Below are positions 24,135-36,074 of a DNA stretch of 64,000 nt, in pieces. A program made the position numbers and the translations under genes. Position 1 is the stretch's first letter; each line of letters starts with the position of its first letter. Source of the DNA: Selaginella moellendorffii (Eukaryota > Plantae > Lycopodiophyta); assembly GCF_000143415.4 (NCBI RefSeq), contig NW_003314319.1, positions 320,115 through 384,114 of the forward strand. The letters run 5' to 3'. The notes under the pieces are model-generated. The model was not told the DNA's origin. It did no database searches and was given only the letters and a program-made list of their open reading frames with translations.

Positions 24135-25964
24135 TCAAGTAACTCCTTGACTTGTCGTTGAACTTCTTGCTCCTCCGTATAACTTAACCAAAATGGATGC
24201 CAGTAAATTGGCCGCATCCTCGGCTCCAATGTAATCCATGCTCAGTGTCGTAACGGAGGTAACCATGAGGAAGTCAGATAGATTAACATCAGAAAACTCG
24301 TCAAGTACATCCCATACTGCTACTTCTCCCCCACACGTGCCTTGGTCCCCCAAGTCACGAACAAACAGCAAGTAACTCGAAAGTGTTTTTCCATTACGAC
24401 AAGCCCGCTTCAAAGATGTAGCAGAGAGCATAACAACTGGTGGTTGAACGCCCTCGCCAAACCACACATCTTTAATGCCACTATACTCCAGCGAGATACG
24501 CTTAATACTCCACTTTATCTCTGGATCCACCTTCACCAACCATGGCATCCCAAGAATGAGATCCACAAGATGAATATCCGCGAGATAAAAAGTCTCCACA
24601 AGTGTGGTTTTGCCAACCAACACTTCCAGCCCCTCGACACAAGCATCGAAATGTTGAGTAAAGGTGGCTGCACCTTCCACTGTGTATGGAAGAACTCCGC
24701 GTGTGACCAGGCTATGCTCCGCAACAAACTTTGCCGAAACAAAGTTGTCATCACTCCCACTATCCAGTAAAATCCGCACTGGATCGCCACGGAACACGCC
24801 CTCCAGCATTAAAGCTGATTCACGTGTATCCTCGAGCTCCATCTTGTTCCACACACAGTTGAGCTGACGAGCAACAATCGAAAGTCGCTTCCTCCGACCA
24901 AAATGGTCGTTCTCCTCATCCTCACGCTGCAAAGTTTGCAACTTTTTAGTATCGGACTTACCATGAGAAGAAGATTGGCCATTCTTCTTGTCCTGCTGCT
25001 TGTTCTTCAACTGCGGACAATCAGCCTTATAGTGTCCAAGTTCGCCGCAATGATGACAACCCTGTCTATAATTCTTTACAAAGAACTTCTGCTTCTTGGA
25101 CCCCTTTACATCTGAAGTAGTCACCACCGACTTCAACTTGTGATGCTTGTTCCCATCCTTGTGTCCACGGCGATCATCACGACGATTCTCGATAGAAGGA
25201 CTCCGCGAACACTTGCGAGACTTGTGCTTGTCATTGTCAAGTCGACGAGCTGCATCAAAGAGCTCCTCCAAACTCTTTGTAGGCTGAGAATGATGCAAGT
25301 GTTGCCGCATGCTCTCACTATGTAGGCCATCAATAAAGTAGGACTTGTTCTGATCTAGATCCTTCGTTGGAACACGACTAATCAAGCGAGTAAGCTTCTC
25401 AATATGGTCCCCAAGCGTCATTTTCCCTTGCTGGAAATGTCGAAGTTCTGTATGAGCATTCTCCACGTTGTAATGAGGGGCAAAACGTAAATGGAAAGCA
25501 GCCTCAAACTCATCCATGGTAGACACTGGTGGTTTCTTATCCGCAACACGGGACTCCTCAAGCCAATTCCACCATTGAAGACCCGCATCACGCAAAACTA
25601 TTGGAATAGCCACTAAAGCCTCTACATTCGGAGTTCCCCTAGCAGCCAAGAACTTCTTCACATTGGCTAGCCAAGCAAGACACTCATCCACACCACCATC
25701 ACCGGAAAAAGTTGGAATCTTGAGTCGATCTACCAAAGAAGGCTTACTTGGAGCGCTACCCCATCCAACCGCGAGTGCCTCAACACACCCACGCATGGTA
25801 TCCATCATGCCATGCATCTCGTCTTGCATCTCTTGCTGATTTTTATTAAGGGCTCGCAGCTCATGAACCACATCTTGAATGGTCCAAATTTCCGCAGCTT
25901 CGTCGGCACCATCGTCGGCACCACCATCGACAATAGGATTCCAGCGTTCAGCTTGGTCGGCCAT
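24135..25964 (-). CDS. Gag-protease polyprotein
   Basis: Gag core (IPTFSG..WW..FHLRF..FQQG), zinc knuckle CHHCGELGHYKADC, protease LLDSGSDDNF..LILGMPWL. First ATG after the PBS is at 25964. Confidence 0.93.
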   Translation of the reverse strand: MADQAERWNPIVDGGADDGADEAAEIWTIQDVVHELRALNKNQQEMQDEMHGMMDTMRGCVEALAVGWGSAPSKPSLVDRLKIPTFSGDGGVDECLAWLANVKKFLAARGTPNVEALVAIPIVLRDAGLQWWNWLEESRVADKKPPVSTMDEFEAAFHLRFAPHYNVENAHTELRHFQQGKMTLGDHIEKLTRLISRVPTKDLDQNKSYFIDGLHSESMRQHLHHSQPTKSLEELFDAARRLDNDKHKSRKCSRSPSIENRRDDRRGHKDGNKHHKLKSVVTTSDVKGSKKQKFFVKNYRQGCHHCGELGHYKADCPQLKNKQQDKKNGQSSSHGKSDTKKLQTLQREDEENDHFGRRKRLSIVARQLNCVWNKMELEDTRESALMLEGVFRGDPVRILLDSGSDDNFVSAKFVAEHSLVTRGVLPYTVEGAATFTQHFDACVEGLEVLVGKTTLVETFYLADIHLVDLILGMPWLVKVDPEIKWSIKRISLEYSGIKDVWFGEGVQPPVVMLSATSLKRACRNGKTLSSYLLFVRDLGDQGTCGGEVAVWDVLDEFSDVNLSDFLMVTSVTTLSMDYIGAEDAANLLASILVKLYGGARSSTTSQGVT

Positions 25965-26753
25965 CACAACCAATTCTCTGATACCAATGTTATGATCCGG
26001 CACAAAAAGACAGAGATTTAGTCACCCTAGACTATGCTAAGAATATTCCTACCCAACTAGCTAAAGGGGTGATCACTTGATTGCAGGGCCCTTTCTTTAC
26101 CCTATTGGTGCCTAACAATACCCTTAAGCTCCTTTGACCGACATTGACCATGTGGTTAAAGTTAGCACCTAGTCCATCTTCCACAGTCATATACATCAAG
26201 GATGCATTGGGCCCTTCACTTCGAGATAATATACCTTTCAAATAGCTAATATATGAGTATTTTTCTTGCCGATCAATAATACTTTATATTCTTTAAGTTA
26301 TCTTATGCAAGTTGTTTAGCATGCTATCTACACTTTTTGATAGTTAAATTTAATCATTATGTTTTTTGATGATACACTGGCTATTGAATTTTATTAGATA
26401 GTAAATCCTATTTTTTCCAATTATGATGATCTTGGTGGTTCCTGTACTCTAATATTGATTTATCAAATAATAACTTACTTGCAATACTTTTGTGTTCTAA
26501 TATAAGACTTATTTATTGATAATTAAGTCTCTAAAATATCATTGTTTGTGACTTTGATATTTACCACCTATTGATCTTTGGGTTTGGGCCAGTATAGGCA
26601 TACTGGCTTCGGCACTTCATGTGCATGGTGAAATCTTTAATCATGGGGTAACTACTATCGATTGGTCATATCACCCGCCTCTTTATTGATGTTCCTTATT
26701 TCCTTTTCAAGGGCGTAATCGTGTAAACAACTATAATTGCTTATTTACAATGG

Positions 26754-29700
26754 TGTGAGACACAAAATCCCTAGGCCCCAAAGTGGAGCCGAAAGGGTGC
26801 CATGTGGTAGTGGCTGAAGCAAAAGCCAAATGAGCGTAACACGTTTGGACTAAAAGGCTCCGACTTGAAAGGTCGAGAGCGGGAGTGGAACTCCCAACAG
26901 AGTGCTCAAGAAACGAGCATGAAGCGAGCAATAAGCGAGGCTCCAAAAAGGGACCCAAAAGGACCAACACATGACACGTGGAAGTGTCCAAGATGGAGTC
27001 TGAGATGGACCTGAGTTGAAGTCCGAGGTGGAGTTCGAGATGGAGTCCGAGATGGAGTCTGAGATGGACCGAGATGGAGTCCGAGATGGAGTCCGAGATG
27101 GACCCGAGATGGAGTCCAAGATGGACCGAGATGGAGTTTGATATGGAGTCCGAGATGGACCCGAGATGGAATCTGAGATGGAGTCCGAGGTCGAGACCGA
27201 GACTGGGACAGAGACCGAGACCAAGACCGGGACAGAGACCGAGACCCAGACCGAGACCGAGACTGAGACCGAGACCGGGACCGAGACCGAGACCGAGGCC
27301 AAGCCCAAGACCGGGCCCGAGCCTGAGCCCGAGCCCGAGCCCGAGCCAGAGTCCGAGTCCGAGTCCGAGTCCGAGTCCAAGTCCGAGTCCGAGTCCGAGT
27401 CCGAGTCTGAGAGGGTGAAAGCCCAAAGCGTTCATCTCCCAGATCCTGGGGGGTTTGGTGAGCTCCAAAAGTATAGTAAGAGGGAGGACTGTAGTGGAGC
27501 CAGTTTGGCCAGGAAAGGCCAGTTTGGCCCAGGAAGGCCAAACCCAGTGTTGGGTGATGAACTGACCACTGGAAAGTCCAAGACTAGAGTGAATACGGAC
27601 CGACAAGCAGGGTAGCTTGGTAAAGTGTTCAAGAGTCGGCTCTAGTTCCCCTGGGAGATCGACTGGCCGATGCTCCCAATCCAAGTGTGGGTGGCACTAC
27701 TTACTTATATACCTAGTGTGGCTCAATGGAACCTCGCTCTAAGCCCATGGCTAGAGCACCTAAAGGCAGAAGGTGGGCTCGCGTAGGGCCACGGTGTTCC
27801 GAAATGTTGTCCCGAAGTCTCAAATGGGGGAAAAGAGGAGGAGTAGTCCTCTAGTATAGTGACTATGAATACGGTCACATGGTGAGGAAGTCCCAGAGGA
27901 CAATGGGACTTAATGGCCAGGCCTACGGGTCTTGATCTAGTGGCAATGTTGGTGAACATGGCCATGGACAGGAAAAAGGACTTGGCAGGAACTGACAAAG
28001 GGATGTTGGGGAAGGCTATTCCTCATGTCTGTGGGCATCCTAAGGATGCTAAGGAGTGGATCTGGGATGACCACTTGTGGACGGACGGCCCAGTCTTGGG
28101 GAGACGGGATTGTGATGCAAGTGGTATTGGACCACCAGTGCGGCAAAGGTGAATGGGCATGGCCTTAGTGTAACGGGCCGATATGTCAGTGGTACCTTTG
28201 GGTGTCAGTCTTAGGACTGGACACGGGGAGCACTTGGACCAAGTGCAAGGGATGAGTGGCATGGATGCCATCCTTGGGACTAGCAAGTCCTAAGTCCTGA
28301 ATTGGACTTAAGGAGGTTATGAATGAGACTCCTCCAAGTGGTCGGAGTTGTGGTTAAGTGACTAAAGTAGAATGGAAAATTTAGTCTCTTACAATTTGGT
28401 ATTAAAGCTGTTCTTTAGTCCGACTTTTATTGGTGCTCAAGTATATCACCACTTGTGTTAGCATCGGAAGGTCCTAGGAGTGGACCTATCCTTGAGGAGT
28501 AGCAAGTCGGGAAGACATGGCTCTCCACTACAATTCAGGTGTGAATTTGTAAGTGAGATGGTGGATAGAAAAGGGCCAATAATAGAACGACTTTGGGATC
28601 TTGGGAACAATATAAGGGTTTCCTTAGAGAGTTAAGGATGTGATCTAGATGAGTGTTTGACGTAACCAACTGGCTAATGTAGTTGTGGTAAACAACTGTA
28701 GTTGGGATCATGTGAAAGATGCGGACTCCAAAAACAATAAATGAGTCACAAGATTACCCTTATATAGTTGAGGTTGGTACTCATAAATTTGAGACCGGAA
28801 TTGGTGACCGTGGGAGGTCAAATACAAAAGAGGACACTAGTCCTTGAAATGGTAGCCAAGGCTACCTTTAATAAATGCTGGAAAAACCTAAGGAGTTGGG
28901 GGTGTACTTAAAGATGAGTTGTTATTCTCATCACATGGACAAGTAGTCTTAAGGGGCAAAAGTTAGCCCCAAAAAAATCATCAAGTGTCTAAGTAACACT
29001 TGCAAAGATTGTCCTTGTGAGTAGGATATGAATACAAGAAGTTGTATTCCAGCGAGTTGGCACCTTGAAAACTAAGACCTCGTAGATTGTTGGATTAGCA
29101 ACATCCAAAATGCTAGATGACTCAAGTGGAGTCAGGGAATGGTCCTAAGGGATTGGTTGAAGCATTTGGACTAAGGTGTATGGTGCCCCATGAGGTATAG
29201 GGAGGATCATAAAATCCAAGTATGAGAACAATAGGTATCTCATTGATGGCAAAATGTGCCATACTAAAGTTATGGGAAAGATGTTCCCAGAAAAAAGCAA
29301 CTTTGGCCCAAAGTTGGGTGCAAACACTATAGTGCGGTGCTAACGAATAGTTAGCATGAGGAACAATATTGGTCTTGGCAAGACCTAAACACTAATAAGT
29401 AGTGTTATAAGGATAGGCTCGTGGGGCCAATAGTGTGGAGACACCAAATGTGCCAAGGTGTGATACCTTGAAGTTATGTTGGTGGGTTCATAAGAACCCC
29501 TTGCCAAAGGGAATCCCAACGGAAATGGGAATGGCATAGCCTAAGCTGGAAGGCATGTGGTAGAGTGTGGTGACCAAAACAATGATGGAAGTGTGGAAGC
29601 ATCAGCAATGAGTTATAGGACTTGACAACTATGAGGCAACAAAGCAAAAGGTGCAAGATAATTTGTTAAATTGGTAGAAGGTAGCTACCCAAGACTTCTT

Positions 29701-32700
29701 AATGGCATAAGGAAGTTAAATATACCCTTATAGAGGATAAATTTGCTTATGTTGCAATATAGTAAGTCAATGTTGAAAAGGGGAATGCTCATTGTCAAAG
29801 AGGCCATCATTGGGACATCCAAACACTCTAGAACACCCGGAGGTGGTGTTTGATGTCGCGAGGGCAATAGATAGGGCCCAAGGGACTAAGTCCCTAGCGA
29901 ATGATGGATAAAAAGTGCTATCCAAATGTCCAAAGTTGCAAAGACAGAAGAAGTCCGTCTATCCAAATCGGATAAAGCCAAAAATGGAATTTTGGCAAAA
30001 TTAGTGATGGGCATATAAAGGCCTATATGTAGCAACGTTAATCCTGGTGTGTGGGATTATAAGGTGAGCATACCTAAATTGAGGAACCACTCCCTAGGCT
30101 GTTGGGTAGGTTCATCCCCAAGAATACTTGCTAAGGCATGGTAGAAAGTGCAAAGTTATCCTCCTAATTTGGACATGAATAACCGAAGGAAATGTATAAT
30201 GCCAAAAGCAAGTAGTAAGGGGATAGAACCAAACCATAGGAATCAAGGAGCATAACCAAAGGTGGTTATGTTAGTTAGGAGTGGAGAATCAAGTGGACGC
30301 TCGAGTATATTATTACTAGCAACCGTGGTGCCATGAAGAGTCTAAAGCATGGAATTGTCCATGCTAGACTATATGGCAATTGGAAAGCTTGCAAAAGGAG
30401 AAGCCTTAGCAAGCTAAGGGACAAAGTTCCTTCAAGTTCCCAAAGACAATTCTAGGTAGCTTAGTACCTAGAAAGGCCAAGTGTAAATGGTTCATAGAGC
30501 GCGCAAAATCAGAGTGGCACAGCAAAAGCGTGGTCTTGAAGCTAACCATGAGGCAAGGCTATCAAGGTTGGGGAAGTAATTCCAGAGTGTTCAAAAAGAG
30601 GGTTTTAAACGAAAGTCGATGGTTAAGGACTTTCACGCTTATGCATGAACCATGTTACGGTGGCCGAATGACTTGTTAAGTGAGATTGGCAAGTCAGAGG
30701 GACAAATCCCCTAGTTGAAGTTGCTAACTTCAAAATGAGTGGCCTATGGGGCCAAGTATGGAGGAGTCCATGCATGATCATAGACTTGTCAAGTGAGAGG
30801 ACTTAGCAATGTGGGGGAACTAGGTTCCTAAGCTGTGATCTATAACGCACTTTGAGTATAAGTTGGTGCACCGGCATGGGGAGTCATGCCAGGCATCTAG
30901 GGTGATGTCGTCCGTAGATGCATATACAGAGGTTGGGTTCGAGTCCCAACCCTCTAGTGCTTGGGTTTGAGTCCCAAATCACTAGGGCATGGTGATGGTT
31001 TGGAATATGAGGACACTCATATTTCGGTGGTCATAGACTCTCAGTGAAGAGATTGGTTTGGGCACACTGCTAAGCGAGGGATGCCTCGGAGTCATGATGC
31101 ACAGTTAGATTGCTTAGAGTGAAAGCTCGGCATATCTAACTTGAACACTTTGGTGCAAAGGGCACCAAGGACGTGGTGAATGAGATGGGGATACCTAGTC
31201 TTAGTTGCTATGGATCCTTGGTTAGAAGGGCTGGCTTGGGCGCACTGCCAAGTGTGGGGGATGCCCCCGAGATCATAGTCAACAATTTAAAAAGGTCTAG
31301 AAGATTTAGTTCCTATTGGTAAACCTATTAAGGGGTCAATATGAGATCATCAGGTGATCTTGTGGCTAAACAAAGATAAGGTCTTTGTTTGGGTTAAGGA
31401 ATATGATTCTCAGTTCAAAGTGTTGATTTGAACTATTGATAATGGTGTGGCTTGGTCGAGGTGACCAAGTGAGAAGGACACCTAAAGGGAAATCAGTTGT
31501 GCCAATACGATGGTATAGTAAGTCCAAGAAAGTAGTCTCGGGGAGAGACCCATGGGAGGGTCGCAAAGTTGGGCCGTGGACGAAGCCCATAGCAGAAATT
31601 GCTAAAGAGACCTACTAGGGGTGAGCACCCGCTGAACTTAGCAAAGTAAAGCCTTTGCCTTGAAACCAAAAGGATATCTCGAGAATGAAGGTAGTGATCC
31701 TATGTTGCTCAGTGCAACAATCAATGGATAAAAGCAAAAGACTAGTGGCCAAGTGTGGGCCATGAAGTTCATTGAAAGGAATCCAAATGGCAAAGTTGAG
31801 CATGGAACACTAATATGTTGGATGCTAACGGATTGTGAGAAAGGAAATGTGCTTCCAAGGATGGATTCCCAAATGCTCCAAGTTGGCAAAGGTGAAAGCT
31901 CCAAGGGAGGGAGTGGCAAAGTAGCTAAAGGATAAGGTTGTGGATAGCTCTAGCACAACTTACGATGGCTGGAACTTGGTGCCAAAAGTGGCATACAATA
32001 GAAAAGAGGACGATGGCGCCCTCAAGTGGGAAGCTTCCTAGGATGGGAAGTGAAGTTGCACAATATGTGTAGTGAAAGGTGTCGAAGACACCAAAGAAAT
32101 TGACTTCGAGAAATCAAAATTAAAAGTTCCAAGGTGAATTTGTCATGTCAATAGAAGTTGGGACTACTTAAGAATGAGTAGTGGAATTGAGTTAGAAAAG
32201 GTGTCTTTAACGGGTTTAACGAGAACTAAACCAATAAAAGGGAGCAAACCACCCCAAGTGGCCGAATGAGTCTTTATGTTAGAGAGACTATGCCCCTTAG
32301 AGGATGGACAAGGCAAGGTGAGCCTTCGGGGTCAAACCATAGACAAATATTGGCTGGGTGCCAAGGATGGAAATGGTAATACCTGCGGGTGTTACTTTAT
32401 AAAAGGGTTTATTGTTCGATGAGGACATCGAACTTCATCTATGGGTGGTGGAGTTGTGAGACACAAAATCCCTAGGCCCCAAAGTGGAGCCGAAAGGGTG
32501 CCACGTGGTAGTGGCCGAAGCAAAAGCCAAACGAGCGTAACACGTTTGGACTAAAAGGCTCCAACTTGAAAGGTCGAAAGCGGGAGTGGAACTCCCAATG
32601 GAGTGCTCAAGGAATGAGCATGAAGCGAGCAATAAGCGAGGCTCCAAAAAGGGATCCAAAAGGACCAACACATGACACGTGGAAGTGTCTGAGATGGACC

Positions 32701-33030
32701 TGAGTTGAAGTCCGAGGTGGAGTTCGAGATGGAGTCCGAGATGGACCCGAAATGGAGTCCGAGATGGACCCGAGATGGAGTCCGAGATGGACCGAGATGG
32801 ACCCGAGATGGAATCCGAGATGTCAGTGGTACCTTTGGGTGTCAGTCTTGGGACTGGACACGGGGAGCACTTGGACCAAGTGCAAGGGATGAGTGGCATG
32901 GATGCCATCCTTGGGACTAGCAAGTCCCAAGTCCTGAATTGGACTTAAGGAGGTTGTGAATGAGACTCCTCCAAGTGGTCGGAGGTGTGGTTAAGTAACT
33001 AAAGTAGAATGGAAAATTTAGTCGTTTACA
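26754..33030 (+). mobile_element. Non-coding LTR element (family D, LARD-like), 5-bp TSD AATGG
   Basis: TSD at 26749-26753 and 33031-33035. 5' LTR 26754-28393. PBS-like TGGTATTAAAGC at 28397-28408. PPT before the 3' LTR 32455-33030, which has an internal deletion of about 1 kb. The ~4 kb interior has no long ORF. Confidence 0.92.
26993..27410. repeat. GATGGAGTCCGA / GACCGA / GCCCGA / GTCCGA arrays in the LTR
   Basis: Directly visible tandem 12-mers grading into three hexamer variants. Confidence 0.9.
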
Positions 33031-33035
33031 AATGG

Positions 33036-33945
33036 TTTAGGTTTGGTTTCTTTGCTCAAGAGGGTTAATGCCTTTGGCTTCTCTCTTTATGTCCCTGCGA
33101 GTAGGGGTATATCACACTTTTGTAAGCTAGGTGATACCTAGAGCCACAAGGGTGGCTAACTCTATTGGTCATTTCTTTGCCAGCAATGGCCAGAAAATGT
33201 TTGAGTGTAACACACTTGCATTAGACAAAGAAGTTCCTTTCTAACTTATTTAAGTTGGTGCATTTCTCATAAAGTGTGAATGCCATAAACTATTTTTGGA
33301 GTTGTTTCCTTGGTAGTGTTCTAAATTAGAGTATGTATCGACGAGGACATCGATCTTCCCTAAGGGGGGAGAATGTCGCAAATATAACTGTGGGTATCAA
33401 AAGTTATCTATTAATTAGTCCTTTCAGATATTCTTTCCTTACAGCCATAATGGCAAGAGGTCAATATTGTTATCAATTCCTACTTAAAATAGTTGAAAAA
33501 CTAGTCAATGACTGTACACTTAAATCGGATAAACATAAGGTAGGAACCATATGTGTTTCTTGCTAAGCATATTCGGCTTAGTTTGAGAAACTCCTATCAT
33601 TAGCTTGGACTTGATAGTATCAAGAACCTTTGTGATATTGAACTTAATCCCTCAATATTCACTAAATGATAGCTACCGTATTTGCCAAACACCCTCACTA
33701 TCATGCCTTTTATGTTAGTCTCATTCCAGTCCCAAATGCTATTTATGAAAAGTGTCTAAATTTTCTCATTTGGCATATTTACAGAATGTAAAGATTGTCC
33801 TAAACATAATGGTGTTCATCTTATGTCTAAATTCACAATCTAGGGATATTCTATATTTAGCAAATTTCAAATTTGTCCTAGAGACTAACTTCTAGTACTA
33901 AGGGTAGCTAAAGGTGAAAGCGTAAAGCATATGTTCCTTAGAGGG
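33036..33945 (+). mobile_element. 3' end of an older gypsy element interrupted by family D: decayed integrase tail, PPT, LTR starting at 33374
   Basis: GAGGACATCGATCTTCCCTAAGGGGGGAGAA followed by TGTCGCA is a typical gypsy 3' end/PPT/LTR junction. 33880-33945 resembles the family B LTR at 51885-51945. Confidence 0.6.
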
Positions 33946-34300
33946 CGGGGGGGGGGGGGGGGGGGGGGGGGGGTTTTAAGGGTTTTAAAAAATAAAAAGG
34001 GGGAAATTGGGCCTTTTCCCCCCACCCAAAAAAAAAAAAAAGTCCCCCTTTGATGGCCGGCCCTTTTGGGGATTTTAATTGGGGTCCAACCCCAAATTCC
34101 AACCCAATTTAGGGGGGAAAAACCCCCGTCCCCCTTTTTGGCCCCCGGAAAGTTAAAAAAACCCCAAAATTTGGGGGGGCCCCTTTTTGAAAAAAAACCC
34201 AAAAATGGGAAAATAAAAGCCTTTAAAATTTTCCCAAGCACTTTTGGGCCCTAACCCTTTCCCCCCTAAGGGGGAACCCTAAAAAAAACCTTTGGGCCCC
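33946..34300. other. Probable low-quality sequence after a long poly-G tract
   Basis: Almost entirely homopolymer runs, beginning immediately after ~27 G. Confidence 0.75.
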
Positions 34301-34304
34301 AATG

Positions 34305-34945
34305 TCATTGCTTCTTGCCTCTATACTTAGGAGTGTGGCACCGTTCTTTCGTTCAATGGACCAAAGCCTTGAAACTCGGGTTCTACACTACTGTCCTTTG
34401 GACACATGGCATATAACATGTGGCATATGGAGGGTTTAAGTTCCACTTCATGGTTATCCTATGGTAAATCACCATAGAATGAAGGGTGAAAACTATATGT
34501 GTTATATTTGGTATTAGAGGATGAGTTTTAACAAATACTATCCAATGAAATTGGGCAATTAGTCTCATTGTATACGCAAAGATGAAAACAATGATTTAAG
34601 TGGGTATATATCTAAATGCAAAAGCTTTGCATTTGTTCTTTGGGTATGGATTTTGGTTACTTTTTTATACCATATTATGTGAGCTTGCGCTTGGGCTTAT
34701 AAAATGGATTGAAATGTTTTGTTTGCATGAGTTTGCATTTGGGCTTGTAAGTAAGGCACATTAACAACTCAAAGTTACACTTTAAGTTGGTAGGAATAAT
34801 GTTAGTCTATTGGTGGTTCCATGAGTGGTTTCATGTACTATGGGTAAAAGTAAATTTTCCCTAGGTTTGCTATAAGTGGCAAATAGGCTAGTCCATAGCT
34901 GTTTAGCATAGCACTAGTGGATCCTTCCTATGCATGATTATAAGT
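34305..34945 (-). repeat. Dispersed repeat, inverted homolog of 17470-18015
   Basis: See partner feature at 17470-18015. Confidence 0.75.
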
Positions 34946-36074
34946 GGGTTTTAAGTAGCCATTAATCAATAGGAATTGAACTTATGTCATTTTCTTTGAT
35001 ACCACATGTAATGCACCCTATCTCTCTCCCCTTAAACCATAATGAAAAAGCCTTTAGTGGTTATTTTATCCCCATTTATCCTCTAAAGTTTTAAAGATCC
35101 ATAGTGATAGTATATCCAAATCTTATTCCATGATCACATGTGCTACAAATATGTTAACATACTGGAAAGTCCAAATTTCAAAGCTTACAATTTAGCATCT
35201 AAGAAACCTTGAGTTCGACTTTATTAATTAAATACACCATATCACACCATATGTTGATATTAATATTTAATAGTTCAATTCCCTTTAGTTAGGCTCGACC
35301 CAAGGGATAACCTTTGCTCAAGAAAACATGAATTTACATAGAAGCATAGTGGATTATAGCCAACAAAAATGACATTTGGCATTCAAAAGGTCTCAAGTAT
35401 GACTTTATTAATTGGCTAGAGGAATCATACCATATCACACCACATATTGAGATTGACATTTAATAATCTAGTTTCTTCTGGTTGGGTTTTTTTTTTTTTT
35501 TTTTTGAGGGATAACTTCCATTTATGCCTTTTGAAGCATGATGCAATGTAAGCAATTGAGAATGACTCAAAAAAATGGTTTATAAAAGTTTAAATATAGA
35601 AGGAAATGAGCATCTATTTTCCCAAATGGTTAAAGGTCTTCAAATACTTGGAATTAAGCATATTTGGATTTAAATAGTATTAAGTATAGCGGATTGTAAG
35701 TATTAATGTTTATAGCTTTATAAATTAAGAAAAAAAATATTTAGATCTTCACTTCAGAATTTAATTCTAAATAACACTTTAACCTCTAAATTATGAATAG
35801 TTATATTTTTAGTTTTTCACTTTCTATTTTTTAATTTCTAAAACTTTAGTATCTAATAATATTATTTGTGGTGCATAATAGGGTGACAAAATAGGTGAAA
35901 GATATAAGCTCTTTTACACTTCCAACTCCACATGTCAATCACCATTCACTTTGCTATTCTTCCATTCACAATATTGAGGTTGAATCATTGTCTAAAAATA
36001 GATATTCCAATTTTTCATATTCAAAATATGGAGGACAATATCAGCTTTCACAAGTTGAAGACATCCAATTTGTG

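Larger units (their letters stand above)
22239..26117 (-). mobile_element. Ty3/gypsy element (family A), RT-deleted, 5-bp TSD ATACC
   Basis: TSD at 22234-22238 and 26118-26122. 3' LTR 22239-22471 with PPT. PBS TGGTATCAGAG at 25976-25986. 5' LTR 25988-26117. Domain order gag-PR-(RT start)-RNaseH end-IN. Confidence 0.93.

Noticed and set aside
26731-27684. Long ORFs with GL, ET/SE, PR and SV dipeptide repeats (also 21137-21818, 51502-51884, 14838-15041)
   Set aside because: By-products of stop-free hexamer arrays inside LTRs. They are open in most frames and not conserved in length.
30880-30990. tRNA gene or SINE
   Set aside because: Only a T-arm-like hairpin is present. No acceptor stem, D-arm/A-box or poly-T terminator could be identified.
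33885-34300. Poly-G tract and homopolymer-rich ORFs (poly-Pro 118 aa), candidate G-quadruplex or novel low-complexity gene
   Set aside because: The pattern is typical of read slippage after a G run. The related LTR at ~51937 has a short G run followed by normal sequence. Likely an artefact.
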